Positions 1-13,700 of a stretch of DNA of 64,000 nt are shown piece after piece. Position numbers and translations under genes: made by a program. The stretch comes from Raillietiella orientalis (lineage: Eukaryota). Numbering within the stretch: position 1 is the first letter of the stretch; each line of letters opens with the position of its first letter. The notes beneath the pieces are model-generated. The model saw only the letters and a list, made by a program, of their open reading frames with translations, was not told the origin of the DNA and ran no database searches. The DNA lies in NCBI GenBank assembly GCA_036172245.1, contig JAYWIR010000046.1:1302001-1366000 (forward strand), written 5' to 3'.

Positions 1-1049
1 TTTTTCTTTGCGAAATCTTTGCATATTTCACTAAAATGCATTTTGGCTTTCAAATATACAAATGTGAATGCATTAAAACTATTAGCATGATGAAGAACAT
101 ATATGTGAATATATAATTTCAGAAGGATATTCATGTTACACCTATGATGCTTGCTCATCAAATTCGGAAACTTACTCCGCTTTAATGGTGTCTCTGGAGT
201 AGGATGATAGTTTTAGCTCATCCTGCTTTAAGCAAGCTAAAGCCACAGCCTTAACAGCTCCATAAGATGAGACATCTCATAACAGAATGCAGATATTAAG
301 TTGTTAAGAAGAGATCGCAAGATCTGTTTCGGTTTGCGGAATATTTTATCCACCAATAGTGTTCAAAAACCTTTGTGAACAAATCCTCCAATATTAAAAT
401 ATTCCCATTTAAAAGGCTTTTTTCTATCCCAGTTTTGTCATTAAAATCTTATTCATATGCTTTTGAAATTTTATTGGTGCATTAATGTTTGCACACTACA
501 AGAAAACTTCACGTTTTTTTGATTAAAACTTCATGAAACAACTACAAAAGCAACTCAACTTCGGCCAATTATTTCATGTTTTATTGTCATCCACTATGCA
601 TTTTGGTTTCCTTATGAACAGTATGAAAATTCTCTCTTTCTTTCGGAAAGTTTTGAATGAAATATTCCACTGTAGCTACATAATCTGTAGTTGCGGATTT
701 CGTTGTCTATGAGTACTTCTTTCTCAATTTCATTTCCGAACTCAGCACTATGCTTTAAAAAAAATCACCTCATTCTTTGGAAATCTGCAGAAGTTAGCTT
801 AAATATGTATGATCTGAGCGATCATTTCTCAGTTTAATGCGTTCAACGCTTGCTTTATTTAAAGGGCATAGAATGCATTATTCAAAGCTGACAGTAGTTG
901 ATTTGTACTTGATAATTGAATCTGTAGCTATCTTTGCATCTTGATTTCGAAGCTAAACATGCACTGAGTTTTTATGCATTTTAATATTTATCTATAGTGA
1001 CATCTAAACGACACGGTAATTGTTCCAGTTTAGAAAGAAACGCCCCAGC

Positions 1050-2750
1050 GCACTTGGGTGAGAAGCAACTGTTTCAGTTTCAATACCGTTTTGCCAGGAA
1101 CTCGGCATTACATAGTTCGAAGCAACAGAAGTCTTTCATCCTCAGAACAAAATACGAAGTGATGTAAAAGTTTCGAAGGTTTTTAATAAACTTAAATGCT
1201 CTCAGATTCAATAGCGCTGTGTGCCTGTCATATTGTCGTAAACTGAATTTGTGTTCTCAATTTGTTTGTTTCGAAGCTGCTCCAAGAGCACTCTAATTCA
1301 GCTTGTTTGCATGTAGCCATCGAGTGCAGAGAACTTGTCTTTCCTTGTCTCTTTTTCCATATTTGTGATTGATATCTGATTTTGATCTCACTCCATTCGC
1401 ACAATTTTCAAGAATTGGAAGGAAATGCCGCACGATTTTCAAGTAAGAAATCTTATTACAAGGATAAGAAGAACAACGGCGTTACTGAAAGTGCACCTCG
1501 AAGAAACAGTGCACGGCTTAGCTCTTGTTAGAAGCTGTTACGTGAAAAGTGGCTTTTCTTCTTCCAATTGATCAATGGGAACTATATTGCTTTCGCCACA
1601 TAGGACTCCTACAGCTAGTGAATTCTGGACTCTCGACAAAGTCAGCGGAGAAGACAAGTTTACTGGAATCAGAGTAAAAGTTGTAGTTCCAGAAATTGCG
1701 CTCAAAACAATTGTAAAAGGATATTATTCAGGAGCAACGAAAATTTTAAGCAATTTTTGTCTCTTGCTCAAGGGAGCATTTAGCAGCAGTGACCGTGAAC
1801 GTATTTTGTTCTGGCGATCGATGAATAAGAAAGCTAACGAAACAGAAGCTCTACTACATGAACATCAGTTCGCCTTGAACTCATTATTTTGGAAAAGTAA
1901 CTGAGAAGGTAATTGTTTCTAGTTGCACATTCGAAATCCACAGATATACAGCCCTCTTCTGGAAGCAATTTATTACTTTTCCTCACAGGAATCAGTTAAC
2001 CCAAAAGTCAAGTTACAAAAAAATGAGTTCTCTTCGATTCTCTTACAAAGAAGAAATCTGGAAATTCTATTGAAAATTTTTGGAAAACACCTGGAACATC
2101 AATGATTTCAAGTTGTTTACTCTCAGCATGCATTTATTGAAATTTACCGCAAAGCATTACGTATTGCAATTTGGGCGACTTTCTCTAAGACCTAGATATG
2201 ATACTTCATCTCCAACATGGTATTTTAAATCCGAGATGACTGTACCGCTGTCTAAAGAGAAAAGAGGTACTTTATAACTTCGTCAGAAAGAGAATTAACA
2301 AAGTCTTTCTCTCCCTTGGAATCGACAGACAGAGCTATTAATAGAATCTCGAAAGATTTATAAGTAGATTTGATAGAAGGATGTAGGAAAGTCGGAAGAA
2401 AGAGGAAACAATCCGCGTAGGTCTGATAGACAGGAAATGTTGAAAGTTTCAGAGAAACGCTCGTCTCAAAGAAAGCGCAGAAAACAGACAGGGTGTAGGC
2501 AGACATTTTGTCTTCAAGAAACGAAACTCGTGATTCCAATCTGAGTATTCGAGTTCCTCATAACCAGTCGTCGACACCTTCATTTCCTAGACATGAAGTC
2601 CGTGATGAAGACTGACGGAAGATGGTTCCAGGATTGATTAGCTGTGGAGATTAGAGCAGGAACCAGTTCCCTTTCTCTCTGAACGGCATGACTTCTATAA
2701 TCTCTCACCCTTCTTACAGAATGGAAACAAAAAAGAAATGAACTGAATTT
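1050..2750 (+). mobile_element. Decayed BEL/Pao gag-end / protease / RT remnant
   Basis: Motifs in BEL/Pao order across frameshifts: CLFRSCSKSTLI (~1263, cf. protease LFDSGSQSTFI), EFWTLD (~1620, cf. FWxLE), TKK*VLFDS..KKSGNS (~2015, cf. TKLRVVFDAS..SGxSLN), HLLKF (cf. ILLRFR). Confidence 0.6.
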
Positions 2751-3549
2751 CGCTGAGACATCATTGAATCGATAGTCTTTACGATACTGGAAAATCTAAT
2801 TTTCGTGTTGGCTTCCAGTAGTCATCATCCGTCTAAGCTTAGTGGCTCTTGAACTTCTTTAAGGGGAGACATCTTAAAGTCTGCAGATTTTTGATTCTCA
2901 GAAACTCATCCACTTGCAGCATGGACAAACCAAAAGAAGCTCAAAAGAAATTTTCTAATTCGGAATTTTCAAGTTTGCTCAGAAAACTTCCAATTTATTC
3001 CAGAAAATGAATCATGCAAATTCTCGGACCTCCGCAACGTGAAAACGCGAAGACATGCCTTATTCATTCGCATCATTCTTCAAGTGACTTGAATGTTCTC
3101 TTGCTTTTTTTTTTTTTTTTTTACTTTCAATACCTACCCATGCAGAGAGAGAGAACTTTCAAAAGCTCCCAAATATGGGAAATAAAAGGAAAATCACCCC
3201 AAGTCTCGTACCTCTTTTTCTGTTGGAACGTGGTAGCAGGAGCACCTAGGGGTGGTTATTGTATGCGTGGTGATTGTGAATATTTTCAGTTCTTTTCCTC
3301 TGCAAGACTACACGTCAGATACGAGGAAATCCAGTTTTATAGGCACAAATCCAAAAAATACATTTTACATCAGATCTGAAGCACCATCACACATATCTAA
3401 GTGCTGCTGAATCCTTTTTTATGAATTATTAGGTAGCAATTAAAAGTTATTTTCTGCATTCTTGTTTTCCGACAATAAGTTGATCTGTGATCATTAGGCA
3501 AACAAATAGATGGACAGCCTCAACCTAATGCAGGGAATTGAACGGTGAA

Positions 3550-4250
3550 TTTTGGGGGAAGAATGGATCATTTAGCAGAATCAGAAGAAGCGAAATCCAA
3601 ATGTGATATTTGTCCTGCTTGATCTCATAAATAAAAGCGATGCATGCTCTGCACTGAAGCATGCACTTAGGCAAATTAATGTTACTTAAGTCAAGGATCG
3701 TGTATTGTCCTGTAGCCATAAATGATGACAGGCACAATGATGGAAATCACTCCAATAGAGAATTCATGCTAATATTTGTCCAAAGGTAAAGTCAAGAAGC
3801 AGAAAAAGAAGAGAACATCGGATTTCATTTTTCTTCCGTTTCTATCTATAACATCTTTAGTCGACGACCAAATGTTCATTGCATCTCCTGCAATCATCAG
3901 CAGTATCTGCGAATCCTCAATGGGATACAGGCTGTGAACACGTTTCCATGTCTTTTTAGAATCATGAGGCTACATTTTCTATTGAGAAGGAAAAGATCAC
4001 AGTAAAATGCTATAAAAAAGAAGCGTTTCCATTTTCAGATAACGACCGTATTCATTACGCAGAGAGAATCGCTGAGTAGGTGCTAATAAAACGAAGGTGG
4101 TACAAGCTCATGTTTGTGGTGGAATGAACGTAACCCATTATAGCAGCTTCCATTATACAGTTCTCATCAAAGTGCGTTTATTTGAATCTGGAAAATAATA
4201 GATGCTTCGTTTCGAGGAATGAAATCTTTGCTGAAGGAGGTAGAATCATT
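3550..4250 (+). mobile_element. Possible BEL/Pao gag Cys-His / protease remnant
   Basis: KCDICPA*SH..RC (~3598) and WDTGCEH (~3920) resemble a gag zinc box and the protease DxGS motif; weak. Confidence 0.3.
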
Positions 4251-4599
4251 GAACACACCATTGCATCTATATTCTCTGACCTGTGTTAGATTTGAGGTTA
4301 AAAATTTTTATACTTGCCACACTTTATTATTTTATTGTCATTAGAATTACTTTGTTATGTAGGTCATCTTTTCATTAAAAGACACTGATTGCTTTATCAC
4401 CACTTCGATATCCTTTTTTGTATTTCCTCTTATCCTCTTATATCGAAAATCCAATCCATCCTTTTCATTCTTGATTCAGAGTCCTTTAGCAGAAAACTCC
4501 AACACTTTTAACAGTTCTGGCCTTTACATTTTGGAAGTTTCTTATTTAGTTAATTTACGTTATCATATGAATGCATTTATATAATAAAGTAGATTCATG

Positions 4600-5200
4600 T
4601 CTCTATTTATGTTCTTCGGTAATTGTATAAATTCAGTCTCAAACATACTGTTCAGGTGTTTCCTTTTCAAGCCTTTCTACGTCCCTTTGTTCTGTAGAGG
4701 CTGCTTCTCGGTTTCCTAGGATATAACATTCTGAGATGTGTAAATCATATGATTAAAAATAAACAGGCCTTGCATTTATGTGAAGAAATTTCTGGAAGCA
4801 CAAGTTTTTTGTGTGCCTCTGCACACATTAATAGATTTTCTTTTGACAGTGATGCAGTTTTCTCAAAAACTTTAATATTAAAAGTTTGTGGTGATTCGAA
4901 GTAAAAGGCGAGATGCTTCAATGATTTCTCTTTGTTTCCTGGAAAATAAAGGAAGACTGGGTTATAGGATCAACCATGACATCGGACACGATATGTCCTG
5001 CTCTCCTCAATTTTGTTTTCCAGATGTATCTCATAATAAATTGGCAAACTGGTGAAAGTGTCAACAAAGCAGTACTACTCTTAGCATATATGAGTAAATA
5101 TGAGTAATTCCAGTGCTTATTGGAATTACTCATATGTGCTCAAAAGAACTGTATTTGAGGGATATTTATTTCCCTGACTAATGAAACCTCGGTTCAGCGT
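4600..5200 (-). mobile_element. BEL/Pao RNase H (Pao peptidase A17 region) remnant
   Basis: ORF 4918-5133: LSPVCQFIMRYIWKTKL (cf. PxxLxxKxFxQxLWxxxLxWD), followed by NLLMCAEAHKKLVLPEI (cf. LxxAKSRxAP..LTIPRLE). Confidence 0.4.
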
Positions 5201-5367
5201 ATCAATCTCGAATGAGCTCCCAGGCTGCATGCTTGGCAAGATCTCTATACAGCCATACCTCGACTTTCTCCCGGTCGATTAACGTCGAATTGCGCAGGTA
5301 TGTCCGAGGTCTCTATAGGGGCTTAATGAAAATTTTCAAATATATGCTGGGTTCTTCAGAAGCCTCA

Positions 5368-5800
5368 AAGAGGTATGCTAATGACTTAAGCGTTTTGAGA
5401 ACGCAAGAGGAAATGGCTGAAATGAACGGAGCTATTGCTGAGCTGGCAAGCAATTGGCAGTTTGGGGTGGATGATCAAGATGTAAGTTCGATTGCTGAAA
5501 CCATTCCTGAGGAATTTACAAATGAAGAGTTGCTTGAACCGGAAGAGCAGCGTGTTGCAAAAGAAGCAGCGGAAGAAAAGGAAGAAGAGGGGGAGGAAGA
5601 GCAGCGAAAAAGATCTACTGTGAAAGCTCTGGCAGAATTGATTTTTAACAGAGCACTGAAACAGGCAGATGACGTGGAATGCAATACAGAGCGATACCTT
5701 TTCGTAAAGAGGAAATAAATGATACAATTGCTACAAGAAAGTTCATGATGGAAAAGAAACGCAAACCAGGCAAACAACACTGGAAATCTTCCTGAAAAAA
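5368..5800 (+). mobile_element. Tigger/pogo-like transposase C-terminal remnant (frameshifted)
   Basis: KRYAND..IAELA..VDDQDV..EEFTNEELLEPEE..TVKALAE..NTERY, then after a frameshift CYKKVHDGKETQTRQTTLEIFLKK: typical Tigger/TIGD1-like C-terminus. No DDE core or clear TIR seen. Confidence 0.75.
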
Positions 5801-6279
5801 TCGTCTTTTTCAACAGAATAGGTTCACTCGGGTCCTTCAGGAGCACTGGTATTTGATGATGGAAGGGAGGGTTGCGGAAATGCTAATGGATGTGGCGATG
5901 CAGGATAGTCATATGGATGATTCTCTTCCTCTTATTGTGTGTAGCGTTCATTATCATGAAGTTTTTACCAAAACTTAAAACGTATCATAAAAATAAATAT
6001 AATGTGAAAGGGAAACAAAAAAAAGATAGGCTTATAAAATTAAAGGCAAGTGTTCAGTAAATTACTCCATTTTTATGGATTTTGTTGGAGATAATCCTGT
6101 ATCCTGTACTGCACATTAGTAGAGTACAGTCTCTACAGGACTACAATAGTATGCAGTATTTTCATGTTATGAACTATGGTATTTAGACACGTGTATGTTC
6201 TATATAGAGGTTTAGGTGAATATTCGTTTCATGCTGTCTTATGTTGTACAATATATTTATTCCACTTCCCACTTTAAAT

Positions 6280-7550
6280 GATCTACTTTAAATGCCCAAA
6301 TCTATTTGCATCCTACTTCCTGGAAGTAACTCGGACGCAATTCCAGGTATGGATGTATGGTATTTACATATTATATTAATTTTCCAATCACTGACCCTAT
6401 TGGGAAAAGGAGGTGAGCCATTTTTTCCTCTTCCATCAAACGATCTACAGTTATGTCACATGCTGTGGCTGAACGCTTCCGTTTCATTTCCATCTTATCA
6501 GAAATTCCCCGGAAACGTCTAACTTGGACGTAGCATTCATTTCCGAGAACATACAGTCCTTTCATAAATGATCTCCTGGCGAATTTTTCATCTAGACAGT
6601 CTTAGCACCTCGCTGTCGTCACCTGTTACATGTAGGTTTCGATTTGAATTGAAGACTGCTTACTGAAGGATGAGCACTTCCACAGAAATCACAGAAGACG
6701 ACTGTGACGAATGAAACATCGGTAGGAAACAGTTGGGAATGAACTACAAATTTCGATCGAACCTCCTTAATAAGGAAATCGCTTATTTCTACATAAGTAA
6801 AATAAGTTAACTTATTAATATTTAGGCTGCTTTTGCGGCTGAAGAGTAGAAATCAAAAAATTTCCTGAGCTTACTAATCAAAGACCTAATGATATTAGCT
6901 GCCATAATACTGCAGCGCAAAATTTAAAAAAACGGCTTGGAAACAAAATAAATAACAGAATATTCAAAAAGAGACAGCCTGTTTTCAGGCTGCTGTACTA
7001 GTCCTTCAGCTGTACCCTAATGTCTTGATTTATTTTTGCATTTACTTCAATAACAAGTATTTGGTTCCATTTGGAGTTGCTCCTGAATCAACGGTTTTTG
7101 ATCTACTACAGGAAATTTCTGTAATACGTTTTCGAATTACTTTGATGTGGGATATCGCTGCTCAGATTTCGCTCCATTCTTGAGACTCATCTGGAAATCA
7201 TTGAGAATCCATTAAAAAAAAGTTTCCAAATGAATGAGCAACACTCAATTTTGATGATTTTACACGTTGGTAGTCACAAAATGGAAAAATCATCAAAATC
7301 TTATAAAACAGGAAATAATGCTCCTAACCTTCTTGCGGACTCAATAAAATTAAATAAAGAATGAAATAAATGACAGGAAGTTTTTCCCGAGGTGATTTAC
7401 TGTTAGGAATCCGTTATGCATTTTCCTTCTTTCCGACAGTTTATACTGGCGACATCTCCGAATTCTATTCCTACAATTCAACCTGAAAGAGGTATCCTGA
7501 ACAATTACGTAAGAAATGCACCTCCTGGACTCCAACGTAAAATATGATTA
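6280..7550 (-). mobile_element. BEL/Pao RNase H to integrase-N remnant
   Basis: KVIRKRITEI (~7140, cf. FVxNRVxEI); ORF 6371-6565 ends EEKMAHLLFPIGSVIGKLI (cf. KxPILLPxxSxxxxLII before the H2C2 zinc site). Confidence 0.5.
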
Positions 7551-7599
7551 ATACATCATGTTTGGCAATGATCGGTCTCCGAATACCATCTTTCTCTAT

Positions 7600-10400
7600 G
7601 AATTTTTATATTTCTTGTCTTGTTCCGTTGCCAATTATTTCAAGTTTGGTGATAACTACCTATTGCTTTAATCTTTAATATTTCTAAGTTAAGGCCTTTT
7701 GACGGAATAATCCGAGGGAATTGAGCTCGGTCAAGTATGGTGGATAATCTCGATATATTTAGGTACCTTTAAATTTTTCGACTAATGACAGCCAGCGCAA
7801 TCCATCATAATGAAGAAAATTCCTAAATATTGCGATATTCGCTCAAGAAACGTTTAACAGAAGAAAAGAGTTAAGTAATAAAATAAAAGCTCTCCCAAAA
7901 CTAAAATACTATTATGACATGTTGGCAGCAAAGTTAAGCGAGGTTGATCAAGAAGCATGACAAAGATTTAAACCTCCGGAGTTTAAGTTTAAACCTATTT
8001 TTGCCGATGGACAGACCAAGTTACCTGTAGGATAGTTATAGTAAAAACTTGGTGGCATTCAGTCATTTTTCAGATGTCAATTTCAGCTGAATTTCATTTG
8101 ATCAACCTTCATGTGAATTGCCACAATCTAATACCGGAATCCAAAAAAAAAAGCAGGCGTAAGAGAATTCTCAAACTCTTGCTTGAAGATGACGGAACTT
8201 GCATCAAGACACTTTAATAATCTAGAACTTATTTCACCACTACAACACCTTGAAAGTTGAAAACGGGTTGATCCTATTCTTCACCCATTCTTCGAGAAAT
8301 CCGATTCATAGAATTCCATGAATTGGTGTTTGGTCCTTCCGGAGAAATATCACAAGAAGCAAAGTCTCCCTTCTAGTATGCACATCACTCAGAACATCTG
8401 TCCGAGTCACACACCTCGCACTGTCCAATTTCACTTGCCAGAAGCCTGCTTTGCTACTGAGAAGATATCGTTTGGCATCCTGATTTCCTGACTACCTACT
8501 TCGCAGGTTATAATTTCTTTCCTTTTCTCTGCTTATGTGAGTTGGCCAGGCAACTTGCCCATAGGCAAACCAGTCATCATCACCTCCCGAATCAAGAAAA
8601 AGAAAAAAAGTCACTGATTTCTCTTGAATCCTAGAATTTGCAAGCTCTGCTTTGTTGATGAGACTTTTAGCTCTTCTCTTGACGCTTCCCAGGTCCTTCC
8701 AAGTTCTAGCTTTACAGCTGGGCTTTCTGTATGAACTCAAGTGGTTTGGCTTTCTGATAGCTTTCAGCCAGAACCGTGGTTCCAATATCTGTGGGTCACG
8801 AATTAGCACGGTTTAGGGATTGCATCCAAAGCGATATCCGAATCTCTTCTAACTTCATTTTGACTTTACAGTCAGCTAAAGTATTTTCTGAGACTGTTTT
8901 CTTAGCATGCTGTTTTACAGAGGTCTAGAAATTTGTATCTGTCTCACCCTATGCCCCTTTTGGTCTTCAACTTGAGTTCCCCGATGTGTAAGACAATATT
9001 TTTGCCGGATTATTTGAACTTTTAACCATGCACTGGTTATTGTTTTGAAAGTGGTAACTGTTTCTTCAGAGTTAACCGACTTTCCTCGCTCTCGATAAAT
9101 TTGCCAGACGAGATACCAGGGGTAGAATAGACTTCGATGAAGCCTCATGGAGAGACTACCAAGATAGCAGTCTTACAGAGAACCAATTATGAACTTCTTC
9201 ACCATGCAAATTTAAAGCACATTTGGTGGTCTTTCTTAAAAACTCCTGTAGGTAGAATCTTCTAGAGAATTCTGAACTGGAATGGAGCTCCATAGGAACC
9301 TAAGTCAATAGACTTAGGTTCGCAATTGCACAATCTAGAGCTTCGTAAATGGAAGCACTCTACACTTGCAGTTTGGGCTACGGAACTATTCATTAGCAAC
9401 ATATTTTTACATGCACAGCATCATGTAAAATTTTCTTTGCTGTCATGGAAAAATGAAACAGCTAAAATAAGCAAGTTTGTATTCGAGATGAAGACACACA
9501 TGTCACCGACTCTCTCAAGACTCCTATCATATACACAGTTCCATTGTTCGTTCGGTCGTACATCTGTCAGTAGAAAACAGGTTGAATACATTTCCTGCCT
9601 TAAACAAATGCGGAATTCGCAAACCCAAATTGAAAGTCATACAATGAATTTTGTTTTCCCTAAAGAGAGCAGCATCACGTTCGGAGAGGAGTTCCTTCAA
9701 ACTTCAAATATGAAGCCACTCGAAAGAAACCCGAATGTACTGGTATATGCGACTTTACGTAATTCGAAGATTCAAAGTGAACCATGAGAATAGCATGCAT
9801 ATTTATCATGGTCACAATTTTACATGTGAAAAATTCACTTCACTTGAGAATTTCATGAACACACCGCAGAGAATAGGTCAGTTGTAACTGCCAGATGCTT
9901 CGGTGATGGAAGGCACGTGCTGAAGCTGTCTCAAGTACCAATCTAAGATTGTCATTTTATGATTCCCAAAATTCTTTTTTCCTTTGAGTGAGCAGATCAC
10001 ATGCCGTGCTGCTAGTCCAGAGTCTTGTGCATCCTTCAGGGTTCCACCTGGAGCAACACTCTCGCATCTACTTCTTGGATGCTCTGTTCTATGTTGAAAT
10101 CACAAAGGCATAAATAAATTCAACAGCGTGTTGAGCAGCCTTGAATCGCAACTGAAACCAGAATCAGCTTCATAAGAGAAACGGGATGATGAAAACCAAT
10201 GACAAAAGCTACCGGTACTCATTCAGAAAAAATGAAGTTTTTATGAGGGCAAGAATCATTAATCCGTAGTTAACACAAAGTTCTAATAACATCTTGAGAG
10301 CACATCACAACCAAGTGTCACTGATCGGACCGCAAGATCATTTTTCTTCAGTACACCGATCGATCAATCCGTGACTGGTGAATTTTGGACATGCATTCTT
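7600..10400 (-). mobile_element. Decayed BEL/Pao pol (RT, RNase H, integrase)
   Basis: Collinear motifs: NLRLVLETASAR (~9950), ERDAALF (~9680), FQFGFANSAF, ASIYEALD (~9350, cf. ASIYDPLG), VKSSNNPAK (~9020, cf. VxSxxNPAD), FLFLDSGG..YGQV (~8600), GFWQV (~8440), EIQLKL (cf. GIxWKF). Confidence 0.65.
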
Positions 10401-11399
10401 GTGTGTATCTTTTTTTGTTGTTTATCAAGGACCACAGTCTTGGGCGGCTAAATGTTTGGGTATATGGTTGATACCTAAGCTTTGCTGTTCACCCTTCGTC
10501 AATTTAATTGGGAGCACTTTTTTGGAAATTGCTGTATTTTTCCAAGTTAAAGATATTTCCATTTTATTTTTGCCTTCCTTTCTAATTTACTTATGTGTAT
10601 AACTAATGTGTTTTGAATTCTCTCTGGTCCTTTTCGAAGATGGCAAAATGTATTTAAATGTGACTTTCTTTATTCTGCAAGCTTGAATTCAGCATCGTGA
10701 CTCATGGATGCCTTCTACCCACGTAGCATTTTAGTAAAGAATTTTTTTTTCTCTTTTTATTTTATTACTAATTCGTTTTAGTGTGGTTTCCTTCCTTTAT
10801 CACTTCCAGGCATCCTGCCTTTCTCCATGTCAGGAGCAGATAATAACAGTCCTTTGCGTGTCGTCTACCAAGCCAACTCATTAATCACCCAAGTCACTCT
10901 CCACCTTTTCATCAAAATGCCTTTCGTCTTTGAATTTTCTTCTCCAGCTTTCATCTAGCCACCTGTGAAGACAAAGACAAATACTTTCGATGCTGATAAG
11001 CAGCAATTCTCTTTGAAGTTTATATTCAAATCTGTGAGCAGATTACTCTCTATTTTCGTTTTCTTTTTTTCATTCTCATGTAACCATGGAGTAGACTTTT
11101 TTTTCCTTGAATTCCTGCTGTCTCAAAATCACGGATACAGTGCAGTATGTTTTCTCATTCAAACATTGCAGTTCGTTCTCATGCCCGGAAGATTTGAAAA
11201 ACTTTCACCTTGATGATCTCACCTGCTATATCCTCAGATAAACGTGATTAGTCCAAGATGTTACTAGTGTATTCCAAATTGAGTCAGATTAATGTAATTT
11301 CAATTTACAATTCTTTGTTTTCTGATTCAAAATTAATAATAATATCATTTAGTAGCACACAACAGGCTTCTGGGATTTTTCTCGCAAAGAACAAAGTTT

Positions 11400-13700
11400 A
11401 ATTAATCTTATGAAAGAAATTTTTCCCCTTACAGTTGCTTCCCACAGTGCTTTCGAGCGAAAACATAAGTAATCATCTCTTTGGCTCTTACTTCTTCAGA
11501 ACTAAACAGTTTTCGCGATAAATTTCAGAAGTTCTCATTTAATGTGACGGCATTCAGGACTAGGTTTCTCACTACAAATACCAAAGTGTATTATTTTAGG
11601 TGCAATCCTAAATGACACAATAGAAAAACATAATGCTCTTTCGAAAAGGAGATAATGTAACAATCTCCCAAGTGTATTACGAAATCTCAATAAGGCTGTC
11701 AATCACAGCCACAATGCACTAATTGCAAGTCTCCTAGAGGAACTAGGATTTTCTGTTCCTTTGACTTCCCCTTCTACCATATTATCATTCCAGTGAACTG
11801 CTGCTCAGAAAGATCCCAAGCAAAAGTTTCTAGGGAAACTATCGCTCTGAGTTTAAACTAGTGTAGATTCCTTAAGACATTAAATATTGTACATTCACGT
11901 GGTGATGCATTCGGTCTGATCGTGAGTTCATGACGACGTAAGTGAATTGAAACTGAATCGCTATATGGTCTCAAAATACAAACGTTGAATGCTTCTGTTC
12001 CAGGTTTCCTAGTTTTCTTATCTCAGGATCATTACCAGGAAAATAAACTGGCGTTCGAAGTGGCTGAGATTATGAAGAAAAGGTTAACTCCGAAATTTGT
12101 GGTTCAGGTTTATATTTTAAATCCACCGCACAATTGGTTCCTTCAGGAATTTTTCAAAACTTATGCAGCTTTAGTGAAGGGTTAACGATTTTTAATTAGA
12201 TTCTGTACCACAGTCAGTGTTGAAACCTCTTCCGTATTCGTTTCTCCATTCTCTTTGAATCCTATCTAAATAGTATGAGCTAAATATGTGTCTAAACTTC
12301 CCCCAAATCTGCAGGGCTTCAAGAAACGTGTTTCCAATAAGCAGGATGCTCTCGGTATGTTATTAGAATAGGATTCTCTATCTTCTCAGCTTATCCAACA
12401 CAGTGGTCATTGATGGTCATTGTACTCACAGACAGCCTGCCATTAGTGACCATGCTTTGATTAACTGCTACTTCAGAGAAGCGTGAATTTTCAAAATAGC
12501 TTGTGTTTCTGTTTTGAGAACCACATTAGCAAACAGGTTAGTTGTCTTGATGAACGCAACTATTTGTTCCTTCTTTCTTCTCCCTATCCGTTCTTGCCTA
12601 AGAACACTGAAGCCCCCAGGGCAGCAATTGGCTGCGTTGCAAGGAAGCACAAGACGATACAGCGATGGGAACCGTACCAGGGTGCATTACCTAGACTTCT
12701 CAGAGGACTGGCATATTATTAACGGGAGATTTAGGGTGAACGATAGCTTTATTCTTAGTTTAGTAAGAAAACTCTCTTCTTCCTTCTTATACATGCCATC
12801 AAGGAAACGTGGCATGTCTAAAAGGCGAAAACCATGGAGCACAAAACGTAGGATCTCCTTCTAGAAAACTTTTCTGTTTCAAAATTCTCTACATGAGATC
12901 CGGAACATCATGGTTTCCCAAAAGGAAAAGTTTCGATTCAAGTTTTGAGTTCATTTCTACTTCTCAAGAAACTGTGTGGTTTTTGTCAACTGGGTGACCC
13001 CAGACTGTATGGCCTCTGTCTCTTTCATGAGATCAGGTTTCTGGGAGTTTCTGGTAATGATTCATAATTTTGGTTATCAACTCACGTTCTAAATTTGACC
13101 AGCACTTCTCTACAAATTGAGAGGGATGCGTCCTAGCTGATCCTAACTGATCAGATCACTGAAGATTTCCCACGAATCTTCAGGGATCGTGGAAATATTA
13201 TTGGTTTTTTTCCCTGAGAACCTCCGTTTTAGAGAAGGCTCTCTCAGCTGCAACGTCCCTCTGGAAACTGCAGCCAGCTTTTACAAACTATTTTCACAAA
13301 TGTGTGAAAATCACTTCCAGTAGGGGACTAGTCCCCTGATTTGGTGGCGTCCTCTGGAAAGTCATGTACAAGTACCCCTTCACTCTCCTGTGTGGTCAGC
13401 AACAATTTTCAGGCAAGGAGCGCTCTCTCCAGTCGGGTGTACCACATGAAGACACACTCGAGGATGGACGAGTTGGAATTCAGCCTGCTAGAGGCTGTAG
13501 GAAACAAAACAAAACTTGGACCCTCGACTGAATCCCCTGACCTAGCGTCCCTCACTCATGAACAGGGCAGATTTCCGTGGTTCAGGAATGAGCAGTTTCC
13601 CTAGTGCATCGTGAATTTGTGATTCCTGTGTCATCCTGGCACACGATGACAGTTGTCCAGTTGAGGCTCATCTCCACGGATGTTGGCTTTCAGGTAGTTC
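11400..13700 (+). mobile_element. Decayed, internally deleted BEL/Pao pol (RT to integrase C-terminus)
   Basis: YKYQSVLF*VQS (~11575, cf. YxFxRVxFG), VHSRGDAF (~11890, cf. LHxFxDAS), YLDFSEDWHIINGR (~12690), WFPKRKS (~12910, cf. WIPKGR), LILTDQ (~13140, cf. IxSDN), SSRGLVP (~13320, cf. NSRPL). Confidence 0.6.

Noticed and set aside
8420..8470. Gypsy RT motif (KAGFWQVKLD)
   Set aside because: Context places it after RNase H and before the integrase core, where the BEL/Pao FWI motif lies; flanking Gypsy RT motifs are absent.
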